This document shows positions 12,776-26,454 of a stretch of DNA of 64,000 bases, piece by piece. The position numbers and the translations under genes were made by a program. Positions within the stretch are counted from its first letter, which is position 1. Every line of letters starts with the position of its first letter. The stretch is from Isurus oxyrinchus. Its lineage: Eukaryota. The notes under the pieces were generated by a model. It was not told where the DNA came from. It made no database searches and saw nothing but the letters and a program-made list of their open reading frames with translations. The DNA lies in assembly GCA_026770705.1 (NCBI GenBank), contig JANJGN010000026.1:28272001-28336000 (forward strand), in the 5' to 3' direction.

Positions 12776-13823
12776 AATGAGTTTGCTGACCTGCTCATTA
12801 CTGTCCAGCAGAGCTGCTACTCTCTCTGAATGAAAGTTCAGCTTCGCAGACGTTAAAACACCCTCCTCTGTGCAACATTTGTGAGTAAAACACTTTCTTT
12901 TCTCCCCATTTCCATTTGTTTTCTAATTCGGGAAATTATTTTCTAATTGTTGACTTACAGGAGCTGAAGGGAAAGGAAGTGAATCCAGGAAGGGCGCAGA
13001 ATCTGGAAAGGTTGGCTCAGGTCTCCCTCTCTCTTAAAGACATTGATATCCTTTGCTCCCTCAGCTTGACACATTTATTTGTCTGACTAAAAGGATGGTC
13101 TCTTTTCTAATGTTTCTAATTAGAGGGGTAGTTTCCCCCAGGAGATTGCTGGCATTTAAGGGGACATTTAATTAATATAAGACAGAGATATGACTAATGT
13201 TATATGATACATATTAGATTATATTTATGGTTCTGTAATAAAGTACATTTATCATTATTTCCAGTCTTGTAATATTGAACTGTAGCTATGTTATATATTT
13301 TCAGTCATAGAGTCACGATGGCACAGGAGTCCATTCAAATCCATGCTGACTCTTTGTAGAGGAATCCACTCAGACCCATTCCTTCTCTATGACCCTGCAG
13401 CCCTGCAAGTTTATTTCCTTCAAGTGCCCACCCAATTTCATTTTGAAATCATTGATCAACTCTGCTTCCACCACGCTCGTAGGCAGAAAGTCCCAGGTCA
13501 TGACCGCTCACTGCCTAAATAAAGTTCGTCCTCACATGCCCCATGTGTCATGCATACTTTATACTACATTAATTTTTGTCCAATAAATATATAGAATTTG
13601 TAAGCATGGATCTGTCAATCAGCATGAATTAGCATCTTCAGGAGAATTGGGAGGGTGTATATTAGTAGCAGCAAAGTGAGAACGGAGGGAGAGTTTGTGG
13701 GATCAAGATTTACAGCATTTTGGGGAATGAGAGAAGAAGGAATGATCCATAGAAACTAGAATTGTGTGTTCTGAATTTCTATCCTGTACTGACAGTTATG
13801 ACTTTTGTAAACTCCTTTTAAAG

Positions 13824-14002
13824 GATATTAGAAGGGGAGGATTTGCAGACAGATTATCAAACCAAGCATCACATCAGAATCTGACAGTCACCTGATTCAT
13901 CGGGAGCTGAATGTCTTCAGCTTTTGATACAAGAAGCAGAAATGTTTGTCTGCTCTGTGTGCTTCAGAAGATTTTAAACTTAAGTGTGACCGGAAAAGCA
14001 CC

Positions 14003-14041
<39 letters not shown>

Positions 14042-15060
14042 CTGAGAGTGTTCCAGTGCACTAACTGTGTAAAGAGCTTTAACTAGTCACACAGCCTGAA
14101 AAAACACACCATTCACAGTGGAGAGGGACCATACTCATGTTGTGTGTGTGGACAAGTTTTCAACTGAGTGTCAAATCTGGGGAGATACAAGGACACCCTC
14201 ACCATGGAGAAACCATGGATATGTTGGGAGTGTGCGAAGGGATTCCGTACTCCGTCTGCACTGGAAATTCATCAACGGATTCACACTGGGGAGAGGGCGT
14301 TCACCTGCACTGAGTGTGGGAAGGGATTCAGTAAATCATCCACCCTGCAGAATCACCATATAGTTCACACTGGGGAGAGGCCATTCATCTGCTCTGTGGC
14401 TTGCTCATCCCACCTGCAGACACACTAGCAAGTTCACACTGGGGAGAGGCCATTCACCTGCTCTGTGTGTGGGAAAGGATTCAGTGAATCATCCACCCTG
14501 CAGAATCACCGTGTAGTTCACACTGGGGAGAGGCCATTCATCTGCTCTGTGTGCAAGAAGGTATTCACTTGGTTAACCAACATGCTGCAACACCAGATGG
14601 CTCACACTGAAAAGAGGCCATTTACCTGCTCCGTGTGTGGGAAGGGATTCACTTGGTCGACCAGTCTACGGACACACCGACACGTTCACACTGGAGAGAG
14701 GCCATTCAGCTGCAAGGAGTGTGGGAAGGGATTCACACACTCATCCAGCCTATGGAAGCACCAGCGATTTCACACCGGGGAGAGGCCATTCACCTGCCAT
14801 CTGTGTGGGAAAGGATTCAGTGAGTAATCCCACCTGCTGAGACATCAGCGAGTTTACACCATGGAGAGGCCATTCACCTGCTCTGAATGTAGGAAGGTAT
14901 TTGCTGATTCATCCAGCCTGCGAAGGCACCAGTGAGCTCACACAGAGGAGAGAGACTGTTCACCTGTTCTGAGTGTGGGAAAGGATTCACTGAGTCAGCC
15001 AACTGGCTGAGATCCCATGGCAGTCACACTGATTAGAGACATTTTAGATACTCTGACTGC
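13824..15060 (+). pseudogene. Tandem C2H2 zinc-finger pseudogene (ZNF-B)
   Basis: ILEGEDLQT lead-in, about 10 finger units, in-frame stops at 14426, 14825, 14933, (CA)n expansion 14005-14040. Confidence 0.85.
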
Positions 15061-15063
15061 AGT

Positions 15064-16680
15064 TGTTAATTGTATCAATGGAGGTTAAGTATATTCAGAT
15101 AGAGGGCCTGTTTGGATGGTTACATAAGTGCAAATAGAGAGACATTTACTGACAGAGTGTGGAGTGGAGTTGGGAGGTTAATGTTTCATTCTGTGAATAA
15201 ATCTATACCAAGTAAGGATTGGTTCCAGTTTCTTCCTTCACCATAAGGCTCTCAGGATTATAACATGATAACTGAGAATGATTATCTAATGGTAAAGTTT
15301 GGCAACTCAAAGAAAATAAGATTTCAGATAGAGGCTTACAATCCTAGCAGTTTTATTGAGGAATGGCTGAAAGCAAGTTGAGATTCTCAGGGCCTGATTA
15401 GCCACTGATGTTCTCAGAGTCTGAGCCATACGACCAGTGGAAGAATGAAGTGGATATGTGGACACAGGTTACGTCCCTACCAAGGAGGAAACAAAGTCTG
15501 GCCTTGGCATTGTCACTTCATAACTAAAGTAAAATCAGAAGCAGAAGTATTTTGTGAGCTAGATACCTGTCAGTTGGATACTAATGAAGGTTTGGTTCTT
15601 CTATTAGGGTTCATTGAAGAAATTTACAAGAAAGATGATCAAATTGGATGCCAATGAAGCATAGTCAGACTTGGACAGATTTTGAATGAGGTTGAAAGCA
15701 TCTTTAGCAGATCTGGATTGGAACAGCGCTAATAGGTGAAAAAACCCCAGGAATGACACTGGGAACAATTAACAGGTGTTACAGGTCTGACTCAAGATAT
15801 GATGATCATTATGCCACTGGACACAGAGCGAGATAAGGCAACTAACTTTTTGGAAAGTCAGTGGATCTGCAGCCTACTCAGTCAGGACATTATCGTATCC
15901 CCTTAACAATACCTGATGTTTCTAATCAGAGTATTTGAGAAGGATTAATGGAATCAGGTGATAAGAATCAGGGAAATAGAAAAAACAAATTGTTTTTAAG
16001 CTGCATGGACAATTTGCTCACCCTTCTGTCAAAGATTAAAAACCTTCGTAAAGGATGCAAGGGTGGCAGATGAAGAGTATACGAGGCTCAGAAAAGAGAT
16101 TAGTGCAAAGTGTGAAATGTGTAAAAAGTATCGGAGAACGCCGTCACATTCTATTGGCATGTGACTTTAACAAGGTAGTTGCCATAGATCTAAAAGTGTG
16201 GGATAAAGACAAGAATGTTTTCATTCTACACTTTATAGACATGGTAACCCAATTAAGTCTTATTGCAATAATACAAGGCAAGATCAAAGGGGTGATTATA
16301 GACCAAACCATGGGAAATGGATAAGTATTGGACCTGGGCACCAGCTAAGTTTCTGACTGATAATGGAGGGGAATTTGCTAATGACAAATTTAGATGTGAA
16401 CATTATGGTCGTGAACACCACAGTTGAAAGTCCTTTCAGCAATGGGCTCTGTGGATGGAATCAGGCAGTGATCCATGAAATATTGCATAAAATCTTAGCT
16501 GATCATCCAAACTGCAAGTTGACAACTGCACTGACATGGACAATTCATGTAAAGAATTCACTTCAGATCATTGAAGGGTATTGTCCCTATCAATTGGTCT
16601 ATGGGAGAAATCCCAAATTACCCTCTGTGATGGGCAACAGCCCTCCTGCTTTACAAGGGAATACAAATAGTTCCAATTTT
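15064..16680 (+). mobile_element. Internally deleted Ty1/copia LTR retrotransposon, GalEa-like
   Basis: LTR tgtt...taaca 15064-15265, degenerate Met-tRNA PBS tgataactgag, gag PLMFSESEPYDQWKNEVDMWTQVTSLP, integrase LHGQFAH...CEMC, VAIDL, FLTDNGGEF, ESPFSNGLC, PYQLVYGRNP; disrupted. Confidence 0.75.
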
Positions 16681-16831
16681 AATCATCAATTTTCGGATTG
16701 TTTCATGAAAGGACGTCCTCAAACGAGGAAATTATTGGGGATCCTGGAAGAGAGATGTCTTATAATGTAATGCTTTGTACAAAATAAGGAAAATTTTCTT
16801 TTTCAATTTTTGAAACATTGTTTGTGCATAC

Positions 16832-17922
16832 TGTTATGATCCCAGTCAAAACCGTTAACATTTAAAGAGAAATTCGAACACCCAGTGATTAACTGAAAGA
16901 GTTATGCCACAAGATTCCATGTTTTTAAATAAAACTAAACTTTACTGTACATAGAAAAGAAAAGAATATTAAACACCAGCACCATGAACTTAACACTATA
17001 ATTTATAAAGACTTATGCTGTAAACCCAGTTCTACTTTTTAATTTGCCCCCAAGAGTTCCCTTATACTTAATGATATCTTGAAGGTTCATTCAATTCTGT
17101 TCCTGGGACTATCCCAAAGGTATGCCAAAGCTCTCCAGAATTCACTTTAATTCTCCTCAGTATTCCAGCTATTCTCCAAGCTCCAAGATTTTATGGTGGC
17201 CCTTCCATTTGCTTTTGACTAAACAACCCTCCAACTTTCCTTTAAGACCTCAAAACTCTGGATTTCTCAGTCTAAGCATGGGCTTCACTTCCTTCTTGTT
17301 GAGGGATTTAAGCATTAGGAACACCCATAGTTCCTAATGGCCCTCTAGGCTGCCAGACCCACAGCTGGTTCACAACTCCTGGGCCCACAGCTGACTGCTT
17401 CCAAGCAAACTGCAGACTGCCTGTTTTCTGTGAGAAACACCCAGAATTCTAACCAAGGCTCCACCCTGAATCACTTATCCCCATGGTAACAGAGGCAAGT
17501 TGGGATGTCCAATTGATATTTAAATTTATTAACTTTTAGCTTCAAAACTAAACCTTTTTTCCCTGAGGTCTGCATGAAGAATTCACCTCTCTAACAAAGA
17601 CTGGACAATAATTGTCAGACCCAATTTCTCCCGGTCTCCAGTTAAAAGAGCCCACCTGCCATTTTACAGTTCTTACCCTTCGAGCTTTGACTTCTTAAAT
17701 CAACATGGGCCACACCTTGTGATTGTGAATTCCCTGAGGGTGTTTCTGTCAGATTCTCAATCCAGATTTTCCATTGATCTTACAATAAAAAAAATTCCCA
17801 AACTAATTTGTATTACGGAAACATTAAAATTATTGAAGCTAGATCTTCACAACATCTTCCCCAGGAAGAAATGAAAATGTCTCGTCCTTGTAATACCCCA
17901 TTTAGAATATCACAACTTACAA
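16832..17922. mobile_element. Probable solo LTR (ERV/Gypsy-like)
   Basis: Starts tgttatgatcc and shares cacaagattccatg..tttt with a similar element at 40081-41095; ends approximate. Confidence 0.4.
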
Positions 17923-18886
17923 CCTGCCATGATCTTACCGAATGGCGGAGCAGGCTCGAGGGGCCAAGTGGCCATCTACTGTTCCTGAGTCGTATGTTTC
18001 CCTATGTTCAACTATCTTATAACCTGCAATACACATAATAATCCTTGAAGGATACCTGATGGAAATATGAAAGATTCTGAAGTGCTTCAATAATCCAACA
18101 GGGATTTCATGAGAAAAACCTCTTTACCCAGTGAGTGGGAGAATGTGGAACTCGCTACCACAGGGAGTGGTTGAGGTAAATAGCATAGATACATTTAAGG
18201 GGAAGCTAGATACATACATGAGGGAGAAGATATAGAAAGATATGCTGATGGGTGAGGTGGGGGTGGGGGGGGGGGGTGCTGCTGGGGGGTTGGAGGCTTA
18301 TGTGGAGCATAAATACTGACATAGACTAATCGAGCTGACTGGCCTGGCCCTGTGCTGTAGACTAAATGGAATAGAGACAAATGTATTTATTTGACATCTA
18401 CCTGTAGTGGTAGGAAAAACATTATTTACTATCAGGATAAAATAAATATATTTCATCAGCTTTTGCGAGTCCTTTTTAAAAATTCATTCACGGCATGTGG
18501 GCTTCGCTGGCTGAGCCAGCATTTACTACCCATCCCTAGTTGCCCTTGAGAAGGCGGTGGTGAGCTGCCTTCTTGAACCGTTGCAGTCCATGTGATGCAG
18601 GTACATCCACATTGCTGTTAGGAAGGGAGTTCCAGGATTTTGACCCAGTGAAAGTGAAGGAATGGCGATATATAATTCCAAGTCAGGATGGCGAGTGAAA
18701 TTTCAGTAGTAAAGTGCACTCCCACATTCAAAGAGCATCAGCTCACTGGAAGCAAAGTCATGAGACCGTCCAGTCCAGCAGAAAGAGACCCTCCAACCCT
18801 CCCACTTTACCAACTGTCAGAATGAACACGGTTCAGTCCTGGGTGTGATTAACAGCAGCAATAACAGCAGAATCTAACCCCTGTAT

Positions 18887-19986
18887 CTACTTGTGACATT
18901 GCTGGTGTCCCAGCAAGCTGGATGACTGAGTGAATCCCTTCCCACATTCAAAGCAGGTGAACAGCCTTTCCCCGGTGTGAACTCGCTGGTGTCTCAGCAG
19001 TGTGGATGAAGCACTGAATCCCTTCCCACATTTAGAGCAGCTGAATGGCCTCTCCTTGGTGTTGCAGCAGATTGGACAACTGAGTGAATCCCTTCTCAGA
19101 GACAGGGCAGGTGTAGGGTTTCTCGCCTGTGTGAATTCACTGGTGTGTCAGCAGATGGGAGGATTGAATGAATCCTTTCCCGCAGTCAGAGCAGATGAAT
19201 GGCCTCTCCCCAGTGTGGAGACGTTGATGTGTCTGCAGGGTGGATGAAGCATTGAATCCTTGCCCACACTCAGAGCAAGTGATCAGTCTCTCTGCAATGT
19301 GAACTCGCTGGTGTCTCAGGAGGGTGAATCCTTTCTCACACTTAGAGCAGGTGAATGGCCTCTCCCCAGTGTGAACTCTCTGGTGTCGCAGGAGGTTGCA
19401 TAACTGAGTGAATTAAACCCCACACTTAGAGCAGGTGAACGGCCTCTCTCCTGCGTGAACTCGCTGGTGTTGCAGCAGTTTGGATGACTGAGTAAATCCC
19501 TTCCCACACTCAGAGAAGTTGAAAGGCCTCTCCACAGTGTGAATACGATGATGAGTTTCTAGCGCAGATCGGGAAGGGAATCCCTTCCCACAGTCCCCAC
19601 ATTTCCTTGGTTTCTTCAATGGTGTGGGTGTCATTTTGTCTTTACAGGTTTGAGGATCAGTTGGAGCCTCGTCCATACACAGAACATTTGTACTGTCTCT
19701 CCTCGCTGTGAATGGTGCCCTGTTTTTTTCAGGCTGTGTACCTGGTTAAAGCTCTTTCCACAGTCAGTCCATTGGAGCACTGTAACCAGGGTGAGTGCGT
19801 GTGTGTGTGCTTTTCCAGTTACAATGACATTCAAAACGTTTAGAAGCTGATAGAACAGTCAAACATTTCTCCTTCTAGATTCAAATTTCCAATAATATTC
19901 AGGTCCTGATGAATCAAGTGACTGTCAGACGTTGACATGTTCTTCGGTTTGAGATTTCTGACTGCAAGTCCTCCGCTTCTAATATC
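18887..19986 (-). pseudogene. Tandem C2H2 zinc-finger pseudogene (ZNF-C)
   Basis: Same lead-in exon, fingers with deletions and stops; 3' flank 18060-18850 paralogous to ZNF-A flank 9040-9545. Confidence 0.85.
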
Positions 19987-20805
19987 CTGCGTAAAAGGAG
20001 TTCACAAAAGCCATCACTGTCAGTCCAGGATCCTAGTTCCCAAGAAATAAACATTTATCTTGGCTTGACTTGCCCATAGCCAAGCTGTTCCAGTACAGCT
20101 ACAGCACTGGTATCTACCCCACAATGTGGAAAATTGCCCTGGAATGTCCTGTTCACAAAACATACGACAAATCCAATCTTGCCAATTACCATCCATTCAC
20201 TGGATAATCAGCAAAGTAATCAAAAGTGTCATCGAAAGTGCTATCAAATGGCACGTACCCAGCAATAACTTCTGAAAAGAATGAGAATGATAAGGCACAG
20301 AGTTAAAGTAATTGCTAAAAGAAGCAAAGGTGACGAGGATTTTTTTTCACGGAGTGTGGTTAAGGTCTGGAATGAGCTACCTGAGAGTTTGGAGGAGTGT
20401 TTGAGTCATTCAAAAGGGAATTAAACTGTTATCTGAAAAGAAATATTGTGCAGGGTTACGGGGAAGAGGCTGGAGAATGTTACTAAGTGATTTGTTCATT
20501 TGGAGAGCCGGTACAGACATGATGGGCCCAATGGCCTCCTGCACGGTACCAATTCTGTGATCCGTGAATCCTGGGCACTTCAGAAACTGCTCTATCGACT
20601 GCGGGTTGGCCAGGTGGATCGTGAATGCTCGGAGGGGCCTTGGGCCCTTGGTTTATTATAGAGCCAGAGAGACCTGCTGAGCTTTTCCAGTTTTTCCTTT
20701 CAGATTTCCATGGTTTTTCAGGACAATAGATTTCCTCAGTGAATTAATCAATCATCAAACCAGCTTTAAAATTCCACATTTGAACCCATGTTCACAGAAC
20801 ATGAT

Positions 20806-21442
20806 AAAAGCAAAAAACTGCAGATGCTGGAAATCCAAAACAAAAACAAAAATAAAAATACCTGGAAAAACTCAGCAGGTCTGACAGCATCTGCAGAGAG
20901 AAATACAGTTAATGTTTCGAGTTGGAATGACTCTTCAACAAAACTAAGGAAAAATAGAAGAGAGGTTAAATATAAGCTGGTTTAAAGGGATAAGTAGAGC
21001 TGAATAGAGGGCCAGTGATAGGTGGAGATTTCCAAAAGATGTCATAGACAAAAGGACAAAGAGGTGTTGACGGTGGTGATATTAGCTAAGAAATGTGCTA
21101 ATAGGTGACATTAAGGGGAGAAAGCAGATGAGCAAGGTACATATAGCCCAGGTGGGGTGGGGGGAAGGGATCAAAATAGGCTAAAAGATAGAGATAAAAC
21201 AATGCATGGAAATACATTTAAAAATAATGGAAATAGGTAGGAAAAGAAAAATATATATAAATTATTAGAAAAATGGGGAATCAGAAAGGGGGTGGGGATG
21301 GAGGGGAGAGTTCATGATCTAAAATTGTTGAACTCAATATTCAGTCTGGAAGGCTGTAAAGTGCCTAGTCGGAAGATGAGATGCTGTTCCTCCAGTTTGC
21401 ATTGAGCTTCACTGGAATATCGCAGCAGCCCAAGGATGGACA
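20806..21442 (-). mobile_element. Penelope-like element 3' fragment (GIY-YIG C-terminus plus terminal repeat)
   Basis: SEAQCKLEEQHLIFRLGTLQPSRLNIEFNNFRS on the minus strand; degenerate hammerhead near 20907-20945. Confidence 0.8.
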
Positions 21443-21669
21443 TACATTTAAAGTATATATTCATATACTTTTAATCTGCATGCTGTTTAAAGTATAGTGG
21501 GAAGGGTCACTTTTTTAAAGGCTTACTTCCAGTAATGTAAACTACCATGAATGTGGTGAATCACTGTAAAACAATTAGAAAATGAAAGTAATGTTTGTAG
21601 CTGGACTTTGTGTTTGGATTACTGTAGGAAATAAGGGACAGAGACATGATGGGTCTGAGCAGGATGTGT

Positions 21670-21870
21670 GAGGGCAGTTTAGGGTTAGACGCTGATCATA
21701 CTGCACTCCGCAGGAACATCACAAACTTCCCTTCCTGGTGCATCTCAAGGACAGACACTGAAGTTACTGCACCCCAAGGGGACATCACAAACTGCCCCTT
21801 TCTGGGACAGCTCAGGGTTGGATGCTGAACAAAACTGCCCCTCAGGGATATCCCAAACTGGCCCTGCTCT
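21670..21870. repeat. Degenerate ~65-bp tandem repeat (about 3 units)
   Basis: acatcacaaact / acatcacaaactg / atatcccaaactg recur at about 21716, 21782, 21847. Confidence 0.5.
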
Positions 21871-22866
21871 GAGATAATCATTGCTGGAGGGACAGCAGGC
21901 AGGACAAAGGAACAAGATGAGGCCATTCAGTCCCAAAGATCTGCTCCCCCATTCAATTAGATCATAGTTGATCTGCACCTCAACTCCATTTTCCCATCTT
22001 TGATCCATTTTCTTTGAGATCTTTATTTGACAAGAATCTATCGATTTCCATCTTGAAAATTTCAATTGATCCCCAGCCTTTTGTGGAGATTGGTCCAGAT
22101 TTGCATCACCTTTTATGTGAACAAGTTGTTTCTGATTTCACTGCATTGGTTGGGTATCAAACAATGACTCAATGTCTAACACAGGCACCATGGACACAAA
22201 TCCAATTACCCTGTGAGAATACATGCAGCTGGACAGGGGTCACTGAAATGAATTCTGACCACAAGCAAAGCCAGGCTGAACATGAAGATAAGGCAGAAAC
22301 ACAAACAGATATGATCGTTCATAATTAACCATAAATCAAACTTAATTAGAATGAACATTGGAGGAGCTTGATTAAATTCATAATGCAGAATCAGTCATTA
22401 AACTGAGACAATTCATTTAAGGATAATGGAAAATACTGGATAAAGATAGGAATGATTTCATTCTGAGAGGATGAGGAGAGGCTTGGTAGAGGATAGATGA
22501 GGATGTGGTTTCTGCAGCTACTGTAGTTAAGCACTTTCACAAGGAAGGAGGTGGTTAGATGATGTAAGTGCCACTATTAAGCTGCAAAAGTAAAACAAAA
22601 CTTTATTTGGACAATGAAGTGGACAGAAAGGAGAAGATCTGTTAGTTCGGTGGCAGTTGTAACTTTTAGGGTTATTAATAAAAAGTAACTTGGCATTCCC
22701 ACCTCTGAGTCAGAAACCCCACTGCAGACTGTCTGTCGAATGGAGACGGCTCTCCAGCTCATTCTGTGTTGATATCAGACAGGATAGGTGTGTCCTGCTG
22801 GTCTTGCTGTCCACTCGCATTGTTTAAGTTGTGGGACATTATCAAACTCTCCCGGTTGAAGGGACC

Positions 22867-23100
22867 ATCATCCTGTAACTCTTTCAAGTTACAAACTCAT
22901 TTCCATCTGTTTCAGATGAAGTTACATTGTTTCATAGTTTGCCATTGTGAGATTTGAACTCTTGATACTCTTTCGAGTACAAACCCGTTTCCATCTGTTT
23001 TCAGATGAAGTTACATTGTTTCATAGTTTGCCATTGTGAGATTTGAACTCTGGATCTTGGGGTTACAAACCCAGTACCATAACCACTTGGCTATTTAGCC
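22867..23100 (-). mobile_element. tRNA-derived SINE with internal tandem duplication
   Basis: Head GGCTAAATAGCCAAGTGG (A box), TTTGTAA loop (Thr-UGU-like), GAGTTCAAATC (B box); ~90-bp body duplicated; flanked by ggacca. Confidence 0.7.
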
Positions 23101-23394
23101 GGACCAACAGATCGGCTGGAATTAACTGGTCCCAGACATAGAAGAAGCGTTAAACAGCCTATGAATTCTTCCATTAATTCAGACTATTCTCCAAGGGATG
23201 AGTTCAAAGAGAAACAATCACTACACTGTGTGACTTCCTGAAATAATGCCTGCTGTCTGTCCTGAATGAATCCATTTCAGTAACGAAAGTTAAATGTTTG
23301 CTCCACACCCACAGGGTTTCATCTGTTTAAAGCCACAAACAGAAAGGTCCAGTTTTCTCCTGGAGTTTGAGACAAATCAGCTTCCAAAATCACG

Positions 23395-23800
23395 CAGAGT
23401 TTCAGCCAATGAGAGAGATCCGGGCTTAGCCCCGCTCATCGTTCACTCCAATTGGTTGGAGGACCAGCAGCTCCCGCTCCAGCCTATTGGTCCGAAGCCT
23501 CCGTCAATCACTCGCCGGGCATCGTGACCTGGAACATGCGTAGTGCGGCTGATGTCCACGGACGGACGATTGTTTGTCTCATCTTCAGGTGGGAAGGAGG
23601 CCGATAAGCGGAGGCAGCGTTAGGGGCAGTGGGTGGGAGGGGAGGCTTCATAAGCACCCGGTGGAGGCCTCAACGCCATAAACAAGAAGCTGTAGGTACT
23701 TTGGTTGCACCAACGGAGCGGTATCTTTCTTGATAAAAGGCCCGGGTTCACGGCCGCCAGCGTCATGGGGGGTGCGCATGCGCGGTCACCAATCTCCCTG
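23395..23800. promoter_or_regulatory. CpG-rich promoter of ZNF-D
   Basis: Three CCAAT boxes (23406-23490), NRF1 palindrome TGCGCATGCGC near 23773; paralog at 48262-48640. Confidence 0.65.
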
Positions 23801-23840
23801 TCTGCAGGAATGAGAGACAAAGAGTGAAACAGGCACAGAA

Positions 23841-24157
23841 CTTTAACACCTATGTGTTCTATTGTACCATTGTCGTTGACATCTTTTGATGATCTGCTTC
23901 TATCACTGCTTGTTTGTCCATACAACCACACCCCCAACCCCCCACCCCCCAATCCCCCACAACCCCCCCCCCCAACCTCTCTCTCTCTCTCTCTCCGCCC
24001 ACCACACACACACCTTAAACCAGCTTATATTTCAACTTTTTCTTGGACTCGAACTCATTTCTGTCGAAGGGTCATGAGGACTCGAAACGTCAACTCTTTT
24101 CTTCTCCGCCGATGCTGCCAGACCTGCTGAGTTTTTCCAGGTAATTCTGTTTTTGTT
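23841..24157 (+). mobile_element. Penelope-like terminal fragment with hammerhead motif (24057-24095)
   Basis: CTGTCGA-A-GGGTC-ATGAG-GACTC-GAAACGTC-AACT; 6-bp TSD acagaa; absent from paralogous site ~48672. Confidence 0.85.
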
Positions 24158-26454
24158 ACAGAAATAGCCCCTTCGGCCCATCGTGTCCATGCCAGCCATC
24201 AAGCAGCCTGGTCCAGATTCCAACCATCCTCCGGGTGAAATTTTTTTTTCTCAAATCCCCTCTAAACTTCCTGCCCCTCACCTTAAATCTATGCCCCCTG
24301 GTTATTGACACCTCCGCTAAAGGGAAAAGTTTCTTCCTATCTACCCTCTCGATGCCCCTTATTATTTTGAATACTAATGTTGTCAGATTCTATCTCAGAC
24401 TGACAGGGATGGATTTTGGAAACTCCTTTTACAGTTGGTAAGAAGAGGGTTTTGAGACAAAAATCTCAAACCAAACATAACATTAAGTCTTGATTAATCG
24501 GAACCTGAATATCATCGGCCTTTGAGTTTAAGCAACAAGTTCCAGGTCATTACCATTCACTCTGTAGAAGAAGTTCTTACTCTTATTCCCCCTGTATGTC
24601 TTGCTTAAAATCTTCAATTTATGTTCATAATCCTTTTACAATCAGATAATGGGAAGTTTTTATTTACCTACCTTATCTAAACCTCTTATAAGGTGCATAT
24701 CTTATACACCTCTATCAACTCTCTCCTCAACCTCCTTTGCGCCAAGGAGAACAACCCCAGTTTCTCCAAACTAACATCGCAACTGAAGCCCCTCATCCCT
24801 GGAACCATTCTGGTAAATCTCCTCTGCACCCTCTCAAGGACACTCACATCCTTCATAATGTGTGGTGTTCACTGGTTTGCACAGATCCAGATGTTCTGTG
24901 TTCATCTCTGTGGTGTCATCACACACCGACAATTGCTCGGTGACATCACCCTGCTCCCCGGGTATTACCTCAACTGGGAGATTTTTCTCTGACTCCAGTG
25001 CTACAGATATATTTCCAGCTGCAGTCCCCAACAGGAGATTTTAAAATAGAAAACAGTGGAATTGTTACAGAGGGAAGTATTATTGAGCATCCATCTACAA
25101 TTTAGAGCTTTTAGTGCTATGCTCTGTTATCTGTGAGAGATTCCATGGCTTAGGGCTGGTGTGACACCATCATTGTGGATCTGAATCCATGTCCATCCAT
25201 TGCTCTTTTTCACCTCTGCCCTCATTAATCACCTCTCTGCTATTGTCTAACTAATGGGTGCATTTTAGTTATGTTTAGTATTTTACTGTTACTTTTACTG
25301 CTCATGTAAAAATGCATTTTCCACGGCCACCCATCCCTTGACCATGTGCTGCTGGCTTATCAGTTTTATTTTTCAGACAAGAATTTTTATCCCGATGCTA
25401 TAGTCAATTTCTCTTTCATTTCTGAGCTTATATTGACCATCAAATCCTGCACCATTTTTATTCATTAACATACTGAAATGTTAACTCTGTTTCTCTCTCC
25501 ACAGATATTGCCTGAGCTGCCGAGTGTGCGTTGGCACATGGACAGCAGCATTTTGGATGTCATCAAGATTACAAGAAGATTGAATGTAGGAAGCCGGCTG
25601 GGAGTGTGTTAGGGGAGTTTAGTCTACAGGTAACAAAGGAATGGATGAGAATTTCAGCAGCAGATGAGTTGAGACTAGGGTGGAGTCAGGCAATGTTACT
25701 GAGTTGGAAATAGGTAGTCTTGGTGATAACACTGATATGTGATTAAAGCTCATCTTGGGGTCAAATATTACAACAAAGTCGTGAACAGTCTGGTTCAGCC
25801 TCGGACAGTTTTCAGGGAGAGGGATGGAGTCTGTGACTAGGGATTGGAGTTTACCACAGGGACTGAAGACAATGTCTTCAGTTTGCCAATATCTAAATGG
25901 AGAAAATTTCTGCTCATCCAGGACTGGATATCAGGCAAGTCAGGATGGTGTGTGACTTGGAGGGGCACTTGGAAGTGATGGTGTTCACATGCACCTGCTA
26001 CCCTGGTCCTTCCAAATGGAGGTGGTGGTTGAGGGTTTGGGAGTTTCTGTCAAAGTTATGGTTGCGTTGGTCTCTCGTTTGCTACCTACCTCTCCCACTT
26101 CTCTCTCTCTCCTCCCATAGTGTCCAGAGTCTTGTGTAGGCCATGACCGGGTGGCAGGTTCCCTTCCCTGCAGGACATTAGTGAACCAGTTGGGTTTTTA
26201 TGACAATCGAGCAGCTTTCATGGTCACTTGTTCCTAGTTCTGGCCCACAAATTACCAAATTCATTCAGCTTAGTTTCACAACCTGCCTTTGGTACGTGTG
26301 GGTTCTCTCTCACTTCCTTTTTTCTGTTTTAAATCAATTGCACAGGAGATTAGAAGGGGAGGATTTGCAGTTCAGAAACTCAAACTAAACATCACATCAG
26401 GATCTGAATGAGTCGCCCAATTCATCAGGACCTGAATATCATCAGCCTTTGAAT

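Noticed and set aside
23030-23100. tRNA-Thr gene
   Set aside because: Acceptor stem does not close, no T-run terminator, continues into a SINE body with flanking direct repeat
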